Source: an uncultured Pseudomonadota bacterium (lineage in GTDB: Bacteria; Pseudomonadota; Alphaproteobacteria; JACZXZ01). Taken from it: a stretch of 64,000 nucleotides of DNA. Every line of letters begins with the position of its first letter. Positions within the stretch are counted from its first letter, which is position 1. The stretch spans positions 864,001-928,000 of the forward strand of contig CAVVLJ010000016.1 of the NCBI GenBank assembly GCA_963749075.1, read 5' to 3'. The notes beneath the pieces were generated by a model. That model ran no database searches, was not told the DNA's origin, and was given only the letters and a program-made list of their open reading frames with translations. Position numbers and translations under genes: made by a program. Of this stretch, positions 1-8,879 are shown piece by piece.

Positions 1-855
1 CGCACCGCCGCCCGCTTCTCGGCACCCATCCCGCTCGGCGAGACGATGCTCGCGGCGCTCCTCCTCGCCGAGGCCGGGCTCGCGGTGCCGGACGGGCCTC
101 TTTCCCTTGCGCCGGTCAATTGCCGCGACCGCCTGACCCTGCGGCGGCGCGGGGGCGGCTGGCACCTCGCGGGATCGGCGGCGCGCGTTCCCTGGGCGCG
201 CCATGCCCAAGCCCTTGTCCTCCTCGTCGCGGAGGGCAACCGCACGATGGCGGTGCGCCTCAAGCCGGACGCCGCGGCGATCAGGCAGGGCAGCAATCTG
301 GCCGGCGAGCCGCGCGACGATGTGATGCTCGACGCAGGCCTCGCGGGCGATGAGGTGGCGCCGCTCGAGGGCGGCCTCGACCGCCAACGCCTCCACGCCT
401 TGGGTGCGGCACTGCGCACCATCCAGATGGCAGGGGCGCTCGATCAGGCGTTGGAGACGACGGTGCGCTATGCCGGCGAGCGCGTGCAGTTCGGCCGGCC
501 GATCGCCAAGTTCCAGGCGGTGCAGCAGAACCTCGCCGTGCTGGCCGGGCAGGCGGCGGCGGCAGGGGCTGCGGCCAACATGGCGGTTGAGGCGCTCGCC
601 TCGGGCGCGAGCCCGCTCGCCATCGCCAGCGCCAAGCTGCGCGCCGGCGAGGCGGCCGGCATCGCCGCCGGGGTGGCCCACCAGGTCCACGGCGCCATCG
701 GCTTCACCCGCGAATACGCCCTCAATTACAGCACGCGGCGCCTCTGGGCCTGGCGCGACGAGTTCGGCAACGAGGCCGAATGGGCCGCCCTCCTCGGCAG
801 CCACGCCGCCGCCGCCGGCCCTGACGGCCTGTGGGCCGCGATCGCGGCGATATAG
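1..855 (+). CDS. Acyl-CoA dehydrogenase family protein (5' end outside window; short, probably non-catalytic partner-type subunit)
   Basis: C-terminal ACAD motifs ERVQFGRPIAKFQAVQ, AHQVHGAIGFTREY, EFGNE; frame is open from position 1. Confidence 0.9.
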   Translation, partial: RTAARFSAPIPLGETMLAALLLAEAGLAVPDGPLSLAPVNCRDRLTLRRRGGGWHLAGSAARVPWARHAQALVLLVAEGNRTMAVRLKPDAAAIRQGSNLAGEPRDDVMLDAGLAGDEVAPLEGGLDRQRLHALGAALRTIQMAGALDQALETTVRYAGERVQFGRPIAKFQAVQQNLAVLAGQAAAAGAAANMAVEALASGASPLAIASAKLRAGEAAGIAAGVAHQVHGAIGFTREYALNYSTRRLWAWRDEFGNEAEWAALLGSHAAAAGPDGLWAAIAAI

Positions 856-879
856 CGATCCCTCGCTGCCGCCGATTCG

Positions 880-1033
880 TTCCTCTCCTCCTTTAGGAGG
901 AGAGGAAGGGGCCCGTCGCGAAGCGATGGGAAGGTGAGGAGGCGGAGCGCATGAAAGCCTTTGCGACCGACGAAGTGTCTTGCAATGCCGCCTCCTCACC
1001 CCGACCCTCTCCTCCTAAAGGAGGAGAGGGGGA
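880..1033. repeat. REP-like palindromic intergenic element, two inverted copies
   Basis: TTCCTCTCCTCCT-TT-AGGAGGAGAGGAA hairpin (880-907) with side arm, and an inverted copy CCTCACCCCGACCCTCTCCTCCTAAAGGAGGAGAGGG (~991-1030); related to elements at 20754, 32841, 45185 and 52429. Confidence 0.85.
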
Positions 1034-1105
1034 TCGGCGCCGTCGTCGGACAACTGCGCGCATATGTATTACAATTGCTCGACGTAGCGGTTCGAGGCAA
1101 TTGCC

Positions 1106-1267
1106 ATGACGAAGACGCGTGACGTAAGCGTGGAGGCTTGGCAGGTCACGGAAATAAGGAAAGCTCTTGCCGAAGCGGACGATGGCTGCCTGGTCGCCCA
1201 CGAGGCGGTCGTGGAATGGGTCAGCTCTTGGGCGCGCGGCCGTAGGAAGCCGCGGCCGAGATCGTGA
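1106..1267 (+). pseudogene. Truncated CopG/RHH-type (ParD-like) antitoxin, C-terminal half only
   Basis: Manual translation MTKTRDVSVEAWQVTEIRKALAEADDGCLVAHEAVVEWVSSWARGRRKPRPRS* resembles the WQ..EI..ALAEAD.G..V.HE.V..W..SW tail of this antitoxin family; no RHH N-terminus. Confidence 0.7.
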
Positions 1268-1384
1268 GCATCCGTAGAGCGGATCGTGCCGTCGGTCGCC
1301 TATCGCGTCCATCTCGATGTCGTGCACATCCTTCGCGTGCTTCATGCCCGCCAGCGCTGGCCCGAGACGTTCGAGGAGCGATGA
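1264..1384 (+). pseudogene. ParE/RelE-family toxin remnant (internal deletion and frameshift)
   Basis: GTG start overlaps the antitoxin stop (GTGA); a different frame reads VAYRVHLDVVHILRVLHARQRWPETFEER*, a typical ParE C-terminus. Confidence 0.7.
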
Positions 1385-1385
1385 C

Positions 1386-3554
1386 GTGAGCGCCTCACCC
1401 GCCTCCCTCGCGAGCCTGCTCTCGCCCGCCTCGATCGCCGTCGTCGGCGCCTCGCCCGACGGCACCCGCATCCGCGGCGCGCTCCTCCACATGCTGCGGC
1501 GGAACGGCTACGGCGGGGGCATCTATGCGGTCAACCCGAGCTACCGGGAGATCGCGGGCGTGCCCTGCTTTCCCTCCATTGCCGAGATCGGAGCACCGGT
1601 CGATCTGGCGCTCATCGCCGTTCCGGCCGCGGCGGTGCCGGCGGTCCTCGAGGACTGCGCCGACGCGGGCGTGCGCCATGCCGTCGTCATCTCCTCGGGC
1701 TTCGCCGAGGGCGACGGCGCCGACCGCGCCCTCGAGGAGCGCGTGGCGGCCATCGCGCGGCGCACGCCCTTGCGCATATTGGGTCCCAATTCGGAGGGCT
1801 TCCACAACGAGCTGGCGCGGGTGACCGCGACCTTCAGCCCGGCGCTCGAGCCCAAAGAGGGCGAGGAGCCGCTCTCGGCCACCCCCCGCCGCATCGCCGT
1901 CGTGGCGCAGAGCGGCGGCATCGGCTTCTCCTTCCTCAACCGCGGCCGCGCGCTCGGGCTTGCCTTCAGCTCGCTCGTCAGCACCGGCAACGAGGCCGAT
2001 CTTACGGCGGCCAACTTCCTCGCCCATTTTGCCGCCGACAGCGAGAGCGATGTCATCCTCCTCTTCCTCGAATGCGTGCGCGATGCGGAGCGCTTTCTCG
2101 CCGCCGCCCGTGCCGCGGCCGCCGCCGCGAAGCCGGTGGTGATGATCAAGATCGGCCGCACGCGCGCCGGTGCCCGCGCCGCCGCCTCGCACACCGCCAG
2201 CATGGCGGGCTGGAGTGCCGCCTACGACGCCGCAGCCAAGAGCACCGGCATGATCCAAGCGGGCGATCCGGACGAGGCGCTCGCCTTAGCCGCACTCCTC
2301 GCCGCCTCGCCCTTGCCCGAGGGCAACCGCGTCGCCGTGGTTACGACCTCGGGCGGGGCGGGGGCCTGGATGGCGGATGCGCTCGCCGCGCGCGGGCTCG
2401 AGCTCCCGGAGCTCGGGGCCGAGACCCAGCGCGCCTTGGCCGCCCTGATGCCCTCCTACGGCTCCGCGCGCAATCCCGTCGATATCACTGCCCAGGTGGC
2501 GCTGAGCGGCGGTCTGACGCACGCCATCGAGCTCCTCTGCGGCAGCGACGAGATCGACGCCATCGTCGTCACCACCTCGCTCGCCCGCGAGAACCGCGTG
2601 ATCGTCGACCTCGAGGCCCTCCGCACTCTCGTCAAGCCCCAGGGCAAGCCGGTGCTGTTCTACAGCTATACCCTGCCCTCGGCCCTCGCGCGCCGCTCGT
2701 TCGCCGCATGCGGCATCGTGATCCATACGGGCCTCGCGGCGCTCGCGGGAGCGCTCGCTGCGGCGCTTTGGCGGCGGAACTACCGGCCGCCGGTGCCTGC
2801 GGCGCCGCGGCCCGAGGCTGCGAGGCGCGACGAGCTCCGCCGCCATCTCGAGGGGCCGGGACGCACGTTCTGCGAATACGAGGCGAAGCGCGTGCTTGCC
2901 GCCTACGGCTTCGTCCTGCCGACGGAGCGGCTGGTGGCCGACATGGAGGAGCTCGAGAGCGCCGCGGCCGTCTTCGGCTATCCGTTGGCACTCAAGGCGC
3001 AGTCGCCCGAGCTTCCCCACAAGAGCGAAGCGGGCGGCGTCCGCCTCGGCATCGCCGACGGTCCGGCGCTCCACGCCGCCTATGGCGCCATCCTCGGCGC
3101 CGTCGAGCGCCACCTCCCGGGCTTACGCCTCCATGGCGTGCTCGTGGCCGAGATGGCGCGGCCGGGTATCGAGATGATCGTGGGCGCCATGCGCGACGCG
3201 GTCTTCGGGCCCGTCGTCATGGTCGGCGCCGGCGGCGTCATGGCCGAGCTCTTCGAGGACGCGAGCTATCGCCTGGCGCCGGTCGACGAGGCTACGGCGA
3301 TGGAGATGCTGGACGAGCTCAAGAGCCGGCAGCTCCTGGACGGCTTCCGCGGCGCACCCGCCGCCGACAAGGAGGCGCTCGCCGCCGTCATCGCACGGCT
3401 CTCCGACTTTGCCGTCGACTATGGCGATCTCGTGCGCGAGGTGGAGATCAACCCGCTCGTCGTCCACTCCGTGGGCGAAGGCTGCACCATCGTCGACGCG
3501 CTCCTGGTGACCGAGCCCGTCGGCAAGAGGCCCTCCCGCGCCGGGAGTCATTGA
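1386..3554 (+). CDS. Acetate--CoA ligase family (NDP-forming acyl-CoA synthetase, fused alpha/beta)
   Basis: SIAVVGAS, ILGPNS, AQSGG, STGNEADL, phospho-His motif SHTAS, ATP-grasp HKSEAGGV and EINPL; GTG start chosen after GAGGAG RBS. Confidence 0.9.
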   Translation: MSASPASLASLLSPASIAVVGASPDGTRIRGALLHMLRRNGYGGGIYAVNPSYREIAGVPCFPSIAEIGAPVDLALIAVPAAAVPAVLEDCADAGVRHAVVISSGFAEGDGADRALEERVAAIARRTPLRILGPNSEGFHNELARVTATFSPALEPKEGEEPLSATPRRIAVVAQSGGIGFSFLNRGRALGLAFSSLVSTGNEADLTAANFLAHFAADSESDVILLFLECVRDAERFLAAARAAAAAAKPVVMIKIGRTRAGARAAASHTASMAGWSAAYDAAAKSTGMIQAGDPDEALALAALLAASPLPEGNRVAVVTTSGGAGAWMADALAARGLELPELGAETQRALAALMPSYGSARNPVDITAQVALSGGLTHAIELLCGSDEIDAIVVTTSLARENRVIVDLEALRTLVKPQGKPVLFYSYTLPSALARRSFAACGIVIHTGLAALAGALAAALWRRNYRPPVPAAPRPEAARRDELRRHLEGPGRTFCEYEAKRVLAAYGFVLPTERLVADMEELESAAAVFGYPLALKAQSPELPHKSEAGGVRLGIADGPALHAAYGAILGAVERHLPGLRLHGVLVAEMARPGIEMIVGAMRDAVFGPVVMVGAGGVMAELFEDASYRLAPVDEATAMEMLDELKSRQLLDGFRGAPAADKEALAAVIARLSDFAVDYGDLVREVEINPLVVHSVGEGCTIVDALLVTEPVGKRPSRAGSH

Positions 3555-3669
3555 CGCGTAGCCCGCCCCCCTTGTGTCTCAGAGATGGGCTAAGAGAAGC
3601 CTGGGGCAGCGGGGTGGCCATCCCGTTCCCCTCTCAAAAGGGAGGAAGGGTCTTTTTGGGTGCGGGAGC

Positions 3670-3853
3670 CCGCCTTGCCCGCTCTCGATCCGATCGAGAT
3701 GGCGTTCGCTAAGCTCAAAACTCTGCCCCGATCCGAAGGGAGCCTCAGAGAACTGTCGACGCATCGGACAGCTCCTCGACAACTTCACGCCAGCTGAATG
3801 CGCCAACAACCTCCAGGCCGCTGGCTATGGAGACTTATTGTGAAAATGCTCTA
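3670..3853 (+). mobile_element. IS630-family transposase 3' remnant with probable right end
   Basis: Broken frames read LDPIEMAFAKLKTL and RIGQLLDNFTPAECANNLQAAGYG, the usual IS630 C-terminus; ends ...GTGAAAATGCTCTA at a TA dinucleotide. Confidence 0.8.
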
Positions 3854-5173
3854 GGCATGTGCAGCGCGATATTTGTCTGCGTTCGTCGTGAATTCAGCGT
3901 GGCCATAGCGCGCCAGTTGCTTGGTCAGTTTGCGGACCAGCGAGCGGTCCGCCGCACCGCTGATCACCGGCAGGCGCGCGGCGATCGCATAGACGGTCAT
4001 CCGTGAGGCGATCAGAATGCCGGCCGCGGCGGCGCCAAGGCAGTCGGCCAAGCCAAGCTGAACCCCGACCCCGGCGGCCGCGCGTTTGTCGCCTCGCATG
4101 AAGTTCCGGACGAAATATACCTTGGCGAAGCCGCGCTCGAGCCAGGCATAGACGCGACTAGCGAGGGAACGATCCCAGGTGAGATCGGCGGCCATCGTCG
4201 CGCCGACCAGCGCGCTGCAATTCTGGTCGAAGCCGTGGAGGAGCGTGGCGTGGCGCGTCAGCATGATGTCGACGATGCCCTGGGGCGTATCCGCCAGCAG
4301 CTCCTCGGGCAGGCCGAGGAGGAAGCAGCGGTAGCGGGCCAACTCGGCGCGCGCGCGCTCGGCGGGGGTGAAGGTCGTGCGGCCGTGGCGCAGCGCCTTT
4401 TGCGCCAGCAGAAAGATCGAGACCAGGCCCGCGGGCATCTGATCGACCTGGGGAATCGGGATGCCGTAGATTTTGGCGTCCCAGCGGTCGCCGCGCCGCA
4501 GAATGTTGAACCGCACCATCGCGTGCATGAGCCGGACCATCGCCGCGGCCTTGAAGCCGGCGCCGTGGCGATCGAGCGCGCCGGGCATGACCGTGGTGGT
4601 GAAGAACGTCGCCGTCTCCTTCGCCCGGCGCGCCACCGACTCGTTCGACAGCGCGCCGGTCAGGGCCATCGGCAACGCGGAATATTTGTTCATGTAGGTG
4701 GCGATGAGGCCGCCCCGGAACACGAACGGCGCCCGGTGAGCATAGGCGTTGCGCTCGACCCGGGCGCCTTGTTCGATCAGCTTCATGTCCAGCCAAGCGG
4801 GGAGCCGCTCCATCTCGCGGATGAACCGGACCAGCTCCGGCGGCGGGGTGGGCACGTTCTCCACCCCGCGATCGCAGGCCTCCATCAGCATCGCGACCAG
4901 CCGCTGGAACCCGAATGTCGGCATCAACGCCGCGTAGGCGTCGGCGACGATGTCGCCGATCATGGTATAGGCCTTGATGCGGGCTACCTGTTCTTCATTG
5001 GCGAGCAGCTCCAGGCGCCGCGACGAAAACTCGGGGGCGAGATCGGTCCGGTCGTCCGGCGCCACCGTGAAGCGCTCGGGCGTGATGGAAAAATCCACGC
5101 GACCGTACATCGAGGGAATCTGAGCGGCTTGAGCCGCGATCTTCCCGGCAAGTTCCGTGATCGAGATACTCAT
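3851..5173 (-). CDS. Oxygenase MpaB / Lcp (DUF2236) family heme protein, no signal peptide
   Basis: GD.VADA, LPAWLD..LIEQG, RRAKETATF, VRLMHAMVR (putative heme-ligand His), PIPQVD, FLLGL. Confidence 0.85.
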   Translation of the reverse strand: MSISITELAGKIAAQAAQIPSMYGRVDFSITPERFTVAPDDRTDLAPEFSSRRLELLANEEQVARIKAYTMIGDIVADAYAALMPTFGFQRLVAMLMEACDRGVENVPTPPPELVRFIREMERLPAWLDMKLIEQGARVERNAYAHRAPFVFRGGLIATYMNKYSALPMALTGALSNESVARRAKETATFFTTTVMPGALDRHGAGFKAAAMVRLMHAMVRFNILRRGDRWDAKIYGIPIPQVDQMPAGLVSIFLLAQKALRHGRTTFTPAERARAELARYRCFLLGLPEELLADTPQGIVDIMLTRHATLLHGFDQNCSALVGATMAADLTWDRSLASRVYAWLERGFAKVYFVRNFMRGDKRAAAGVGVQLGLADCLGAAAAGILIASRMTVYAIAARLPVISGAADRSLVRKLTKQLARYGHAEFTTNADKYRAAHA

Positions 5174-5207
5174 GGCTCGTTAGGCCTCCTGTGCGCCACC
5201 TAGGATA

Positions 5208-5250
5208 CCTATCAAACGATAGGCTTCCATAGATATCTATCATGTGATAG
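5208..5250. promoter_or_regulatory. Twin palindromic operators CTATC-N4-GATAG in the divergent oxygenase/TetR intergenic region
   Basis: CCTATC-AAAC-GATAGG (5208-5223) and CTATCA-TG-TGATAG (5237-5250) in an AT-rich patch. Confidence 0.7.
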
Positions 5251-5380
5251 TGTTCTTGGCAAGGGCGAATCGGCTCCGTGCCTGAGGAGCATGATCCAGG
5301 CGGCGGCGCGGCTTGCCGCCGGCCGCGAAGCAGGACTAGACGCCGCTCCGCCTGCGGGTGGCGATCGATGGAGATGAAAG

Positions 5381-6088
5381 ATGTCGGAAACCGTCCCGGC
5401 GCCGCTCAAAGCGTCAAAGACGCGAGCCTTCGCCGGCGCCGGGTACCGGAAGGGGGAGGAGACCCGGCAGAGGATTCTCGACATGGCGCTGAAGGCGTTC
5501 GGCGAGGCCTCCTTCAAGGCCGCGACGACGCGTCGAATTTCACAGGCGGCCGGCGTCAGCCTGCCGACCCTGCAATATTACTTCGGCGGCAAGGAAGGTC
5601 TCTACCGCGCCTGCGCCGAAGCCATTGTCGAACGGTACCGCCACCGTACGGCGGCGGCTGCCGCGAAAGCGGCCGAAGCTTTGAACGAGGATCGCACGGC
5701 GGAGACGGCCCGGGTCCACCTGAAGGCACTAATCGGAGCCCTTGCCGGATTTCTTGTCGGCTCCAAGGAGGCCGAGCGCTGGGCCCAGTTCGTGGCCAGA
5801 GAATTGCGCGACCCCGGCCCGGCGTTCGAGATTCTGTATGAGAGCCTGTGGCGGCCGGGCGTCGAACTCACGGCACGACTGATCGCCCGCGTCCTGGGCA
5901 GACCCGAGAGCGATCCGGCCGCCCGCATTCAAGCGTTGCTGCTGATCTCCAGTCTGCTGGCATTCCAATCCGGGCGCAGTATCTCCTTGCGCACCATGCA
6001 TTGGTCGACGATCGGGCGTGAAGAACTGGCGATGGTTCTGTCCGGCCTGGACGCACAGATCGATGCCATCGGTCGCGATCGATTTTGA
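5381..6088 (+). CDS. TetR-family regulator with CerR/CecR-like (DUF1956-type) C-terminal domain
   Basis: ETRQRILDMALKAFG...TTRRISQAAGVSLPTLQYYFGGKEGLY HTH; FVARELRDPGPAFEILY. Confidence 0.88.
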   Translation: MSETVPAPLKASKTRAFAGAGYRKGEETRQRILDMALKAFGEASFKAATTRRISQAAGVSLPTLQYYFGGKEGLYRACAEAIVERYRHRTAAAAAKAAEALNEDRTAETARVHLKALIGALAGFLVGSKEAERWAQFVARELRDPGPAFEILYESLWRPGVELTARLIARVLGRPESDPAARIQALLLISSLLAFQSGRSISLRTMHWSTIGREELAMVLSGLDAQIDAIGRDRF

Positions 6089-6230
6089 CGGGGCGAGACA
6101 CGTCGTCGCCGAGCGTTGGTGCGGGCCCAGTTTGCCCGTCCGAGGGATGCCGATCCTGAAATTGCAGGAAGCGAAGGACGACCTCGCTTCGATGCGCGGC
6201 AAAGTGCGCGCATCTGTCCCGATACGGAAG

Positions 6231-6290
6231 GCCAACGAGGCGACGGCCCTCGAGATGCTGGGCGAGCTCAAGAGCCGGCGGCTCCTGGAC
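6231..6290 (+). repeat. Diverged direct repeat of 3282-3341 (segment of the acyl-CoA ligase gene)
   Basis: Manual alignment gives 52/60 identities; encodes NEATALEMLGELKSRRLLD versus DEATAMEMLDELKSRQLLD. Confidence 0.85.
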
Positions 6291-6366
6291 CCCGGTTTTC
6301 GCTGGGGTGACGACGGAGAGTTTTCTAGCTGATCGAGAGCCGCTCCTATAAAGCCGCCGGCCGCGG

Positions 6367-7854
6367 CTATTGAGCGAGGCCGTCGATGTGGCGCTTGACC
6401 TCGGCGTAGCCGGGCGTGCCGGGAGAGAGCCCGGCGAGGAGCTTGGTCCAGAGTCCGGCAGCCGCCTGCTTGTGCCCGTGCGCGGCCTCGTCGAGGCCTA
6501 CGACCCAGAGCGCCTCGGCACGCTTGTCGTCGAGCGCCAGCACCTGGCGCATGACCTCGACCGCTGCGGTAGGCGGCGGCTCGCCTGGCTTGGCATCGGC
6601 CATCAGCGCATTGCCGTAGACGGCCAGCACGTCCTCGTCCTTGGGCGCCAGCTTGGCCGCGTGGGAAAGGGCGTCCAGCGACCTCGCGTGCTCGCCGAGC
6701 ACCTGATAGGCGCGGGCGAGGCGGCGCCAGCCGTCGAGATCGTCGGGCTCTTTGGCCAGGCGCGCCGCGAGGTTATCGACCATGCTGTGGATCATCTTGT
6801 CGCGCTCCGCGGCGGACATGTTCTGGGCGGCGGCCATGTCGGCAGCACTCGGGCCGGGTGCGGCCGGGCCGGGTGCCGCTGGGCCGGCTGCCGTTGGGCC
6901 AGGGGCCGCTGGGGCCGGTGCCGTTGGGCCGGGTGCCGCCGGTGCCGCGGCGCTGGGCGCGCCGTTGGCAGCGCCCGGCGGGGCGAGCTTCGCGGGATCG
7001 AGCTTGAACTGGGCGGCGGCGCGCTCGATCTGGGTCTTGAGCGCCGGCATCCAGGGCGCATCGGCGGGCCCGTCCGCCTCGAGCTTGAGCCAGTCGCGGA
7101 TGGCGCCCTCGCCGTCGCCGGCCTGGGCCTTGGCGAGGCCGAGATAGAAGCGCGCGCGCGGGTCCTTCGGCAGTTTGGCCAGAACGACCTCGAAGAGGTG
7201 GTGGGCCGCGGCGCTCACGCTGCCGTCGCCGGCCATCACCATCATCTCGGCCTCCGCGGAGACGAGGTCGGGGCGTCCGCCCGTGAGGCTGACCGCCTTG
7301 GCATAGGCCGCCCTGGCATCGTCGAAGCGCTCGAGCGCCGCCTTGCTGCGGCCCAGCATCGCCCAGCCGTCCACGTCGTCGGGCTGCACCTTGAGGCGTG
7401 CCTCGAGCTGCGCCACCATCCGTTGGATGTCGTCGGCGCTCTCGCCATGGGTGGCCGCGGTGCGCTCGGCAAAGGGGAAGTCGGGAACGCCGGGCGAGCC
7501 GATGAGGAGATAGAGGCCGAATGCCGCGAGCGGCACCAGCGTCGCCACGCCGAGTGCTGCACGCCGCCGCGCCATGCGGCCGGGCGCTGCTTCCGCGGCC
7601 GCGGCCGGGGCCTCGCTTCCGGCCGGTGCCGCGGCGAGCAGGCGCCGCGCGATCTCGCGCTCCGCCGCGCGCGCCTCGGCGGCCGCGATGACGCCGCGCT
7701 TCTCGTCGCGCGCAACCTCGGCGAGCTGGTCGCGATAGATCTCGCGGTCATAGGCCGCGCGCGGGGCCGGTTTGGACGGCGCGCGGAAGAGCGGGCGCAG
7801 CACGTACCACAGGCAGGCAATCGTGAGGCCCGCGAGGATGAACCAGAGGATCAC
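6367..7854 (-). CDS. ccmI: c-type cytochrome biogenesis protein CcmI/CycH
   Basis: N-terminal TM, YRDQLAEV.RD..RGVI...EA.AA.REI.RRLL, LYLLIGSP, two TPR modules (P.D.DGW..L.R). Confidence 0.93.
   Translation of the reverse strand: MILWFILAGLTIACLWYVLRPLFRAPSKPAPRAAYDREIYRDQLAEVARDEKRGVIAAAEARAAEREIARRLLAAAPAGSEAPAAAAEAAPGRMARRRAALGVATLVPLAAFGLYLLIGSPGVPDFPFAERTAATHGESADDIQRMVAQLEARLKVQPDDVDGWAMLGRSKAALERFDDARAAYAKAVSLTGGRPDLVSAEAEMMVMAGDGSVSAAAHHLFEVVLAKLPKDPRARFYLGLAKAQAGDGEGAIRDWLKLEADGPADAPWMPALKTQIERAAAQFKLDPAKLAPPGAANGAPSAAAPAAPGPTAPAPAAPGPTAAGPAAPGPAAPGPSAADMAAAQNMSAAERDKMIHSMVDNLAARLAKEPDDLDGWRRLARAYQVLGEHARSLDALSHAAKLAPKDEDVLAVYGNALMADAKPGEPPPTAAVEVMRQVLALDDKRAEALWVVGLDEAAHGHKQAAAGLWTKLLAGLSPGTPGYAEVKRHIDGLAQ
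6851..6940 (-). repeat. Six imperfect 15-bp in-frame tandem repeats forming an (A/T)APGP-like linker in CcmI
   Basis: Units such as GGGCCGGGTGCCGCT repeated 6 times on the + strand. Confidence 0.85.
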
Positions 7855-8351
7855 GGCTCGCCCTCGTCCTCGACGAGCTGCTCGAGGCGCTGCTTCTCCT
7901 CGGCGCTGAGCGGTGCGGGCTCGCTAAGTGCCGCCCGCCGCCTGAGATGGAGGGCGATGCCGGCGGCGCCCAGGACGAGGATGAGCGCCGGGCCGAACCA
8001 CAAGAGGTAGGTCGCCGGCTCGACCCGCGGCCGCAGCAGCACGAACTGGCCATAGCGGTCGACGATGTACTGGATCGCCTGCTTGTTCGTGTCGCCGGCC
8101 TTAACGCGCACGCGCACGAGGACGCGCAGGTCATGGGCGAGATCGGCGTTCGAATCGTCGATCGACTGGTTCTGGCAGACGAGGCAGCGCAGCTCCTCGC
8201 TGATCGCGCGCGCGCGCGCCTCGAGCTTGGGGTCGGCGAGCATCTCGTCGGGCCGTACGGCCAAGGCCGGACCTAGGGCGAGGAGCCAAAGGACGGCGGC
8301 CCAAAGGAGGGCGGCCCAAAGGGGGGCTGCTAAGAGGGCTCTCCGCGTCAT
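7851..8351 (-). CDS. ccmH: Cytochrome c biogenesis protein CcmH/CycL
   Basis: LRCLVCQNQSIDDSNADLAHDLR, RYGQFVLLRP; ATG at 8351 overlaps the ccmG stop. Confidence 0.95.
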   Translation of the reverse strand: MTRRALLAAPLWAALLWAAVLWLLALGPALAVRPDEMLADPKLEARARAISEELRCLVCQNQSIDDSNADLAHDLRVLVRVRVKAGDTNKQAIQYIVDRYGQFVLLRPRVEPATYLLWFGPALILVLGAAGIALHLRRRAALSEPAPLSAEEKQRLEQLVEDEGEP

Positions 8352-8878
8352 CGCGCGAGTTGCCGCATGAGGGGGAGGATGGTCCCGGCGATGGTGTCCG
8401 CGCTGAGCGGTCCCACGTTCTTGTAGCGGATGGTACCGCCGCGATCGACGACGAAGGTCTCCGGCACGCCGTAAACGCCCCAATCGATCGCCACCCGGCC
8501 TTCGCGGTCGGCGCCGATGCGCTTGTAGGGATCGCCGAGATTGGCGAGCCATGTCCGCGCGTCCTCGGCGCTGTCCTTGTAGTCGATGCCGTAGAGCTCG
8601 ACCCCCTCCTTGGCAAGGCGCATGAGGAGCGGATGCTCCTCCCGGCACGGCACGCACCACGAGGCGAAGACGTTGATCAGCACGACCTTGCCCTTGAGGT
8701 CGCTCGAGGCAAGGCTCGCCTTGGCGTCGAGCAGTGCGGGGAGCGTGAAGCTCGGCATCGGCTTGCCGATGAGCGCGGACGGCACCAGCGCCGGGTCGCG
8801 CCCCAGCCCGGCAAGGAACATGAGCGCCAGGGCGAGAAACAGCACCGCGGGCAGGATGAAGATGAGCCGCTTCGCCAT
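8348..8878 (-). CDS. ccmG: Thiol:disulfide interchange protein CcmG/DsbE
   Basis: PSALIGKP, NVFASWCVPCREEHP, WGVYGVPETF. Confidence 0.95.
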   Translation of the reverse strand: MAKRLIFILPAVLFLALALMFLAGLGRDPALVPSALIGKPMPSFTLPALLDAKASLASSDLKGKVVLINVFASWCVPCREEHPLLMRLAKEGVELYGIDYKDSAEDARTWLANLGDPYKRIGADREGRVAIDWGVYGVPETFVVDRGGTIRYKNVGPLSADTIAGTILPLMRQLAR

Positions 8879-8879
8879 G

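Noticed and set aside
3574-3660. Degenerate hairpin (TTCCCCTCTC-AAAA-GGGAGGAA) and the 89-aa ORF 3574..3843
   Set aside because: The hairpin is too diverged to assign to the repeat family; the ORF is an open frame running through the IS630 remnant
6018-6332. 104-aa ORF downstream of the TetR gene
   Set aside because: Overlaps TetR; its only recognisable part is the duplicated ligase fragment
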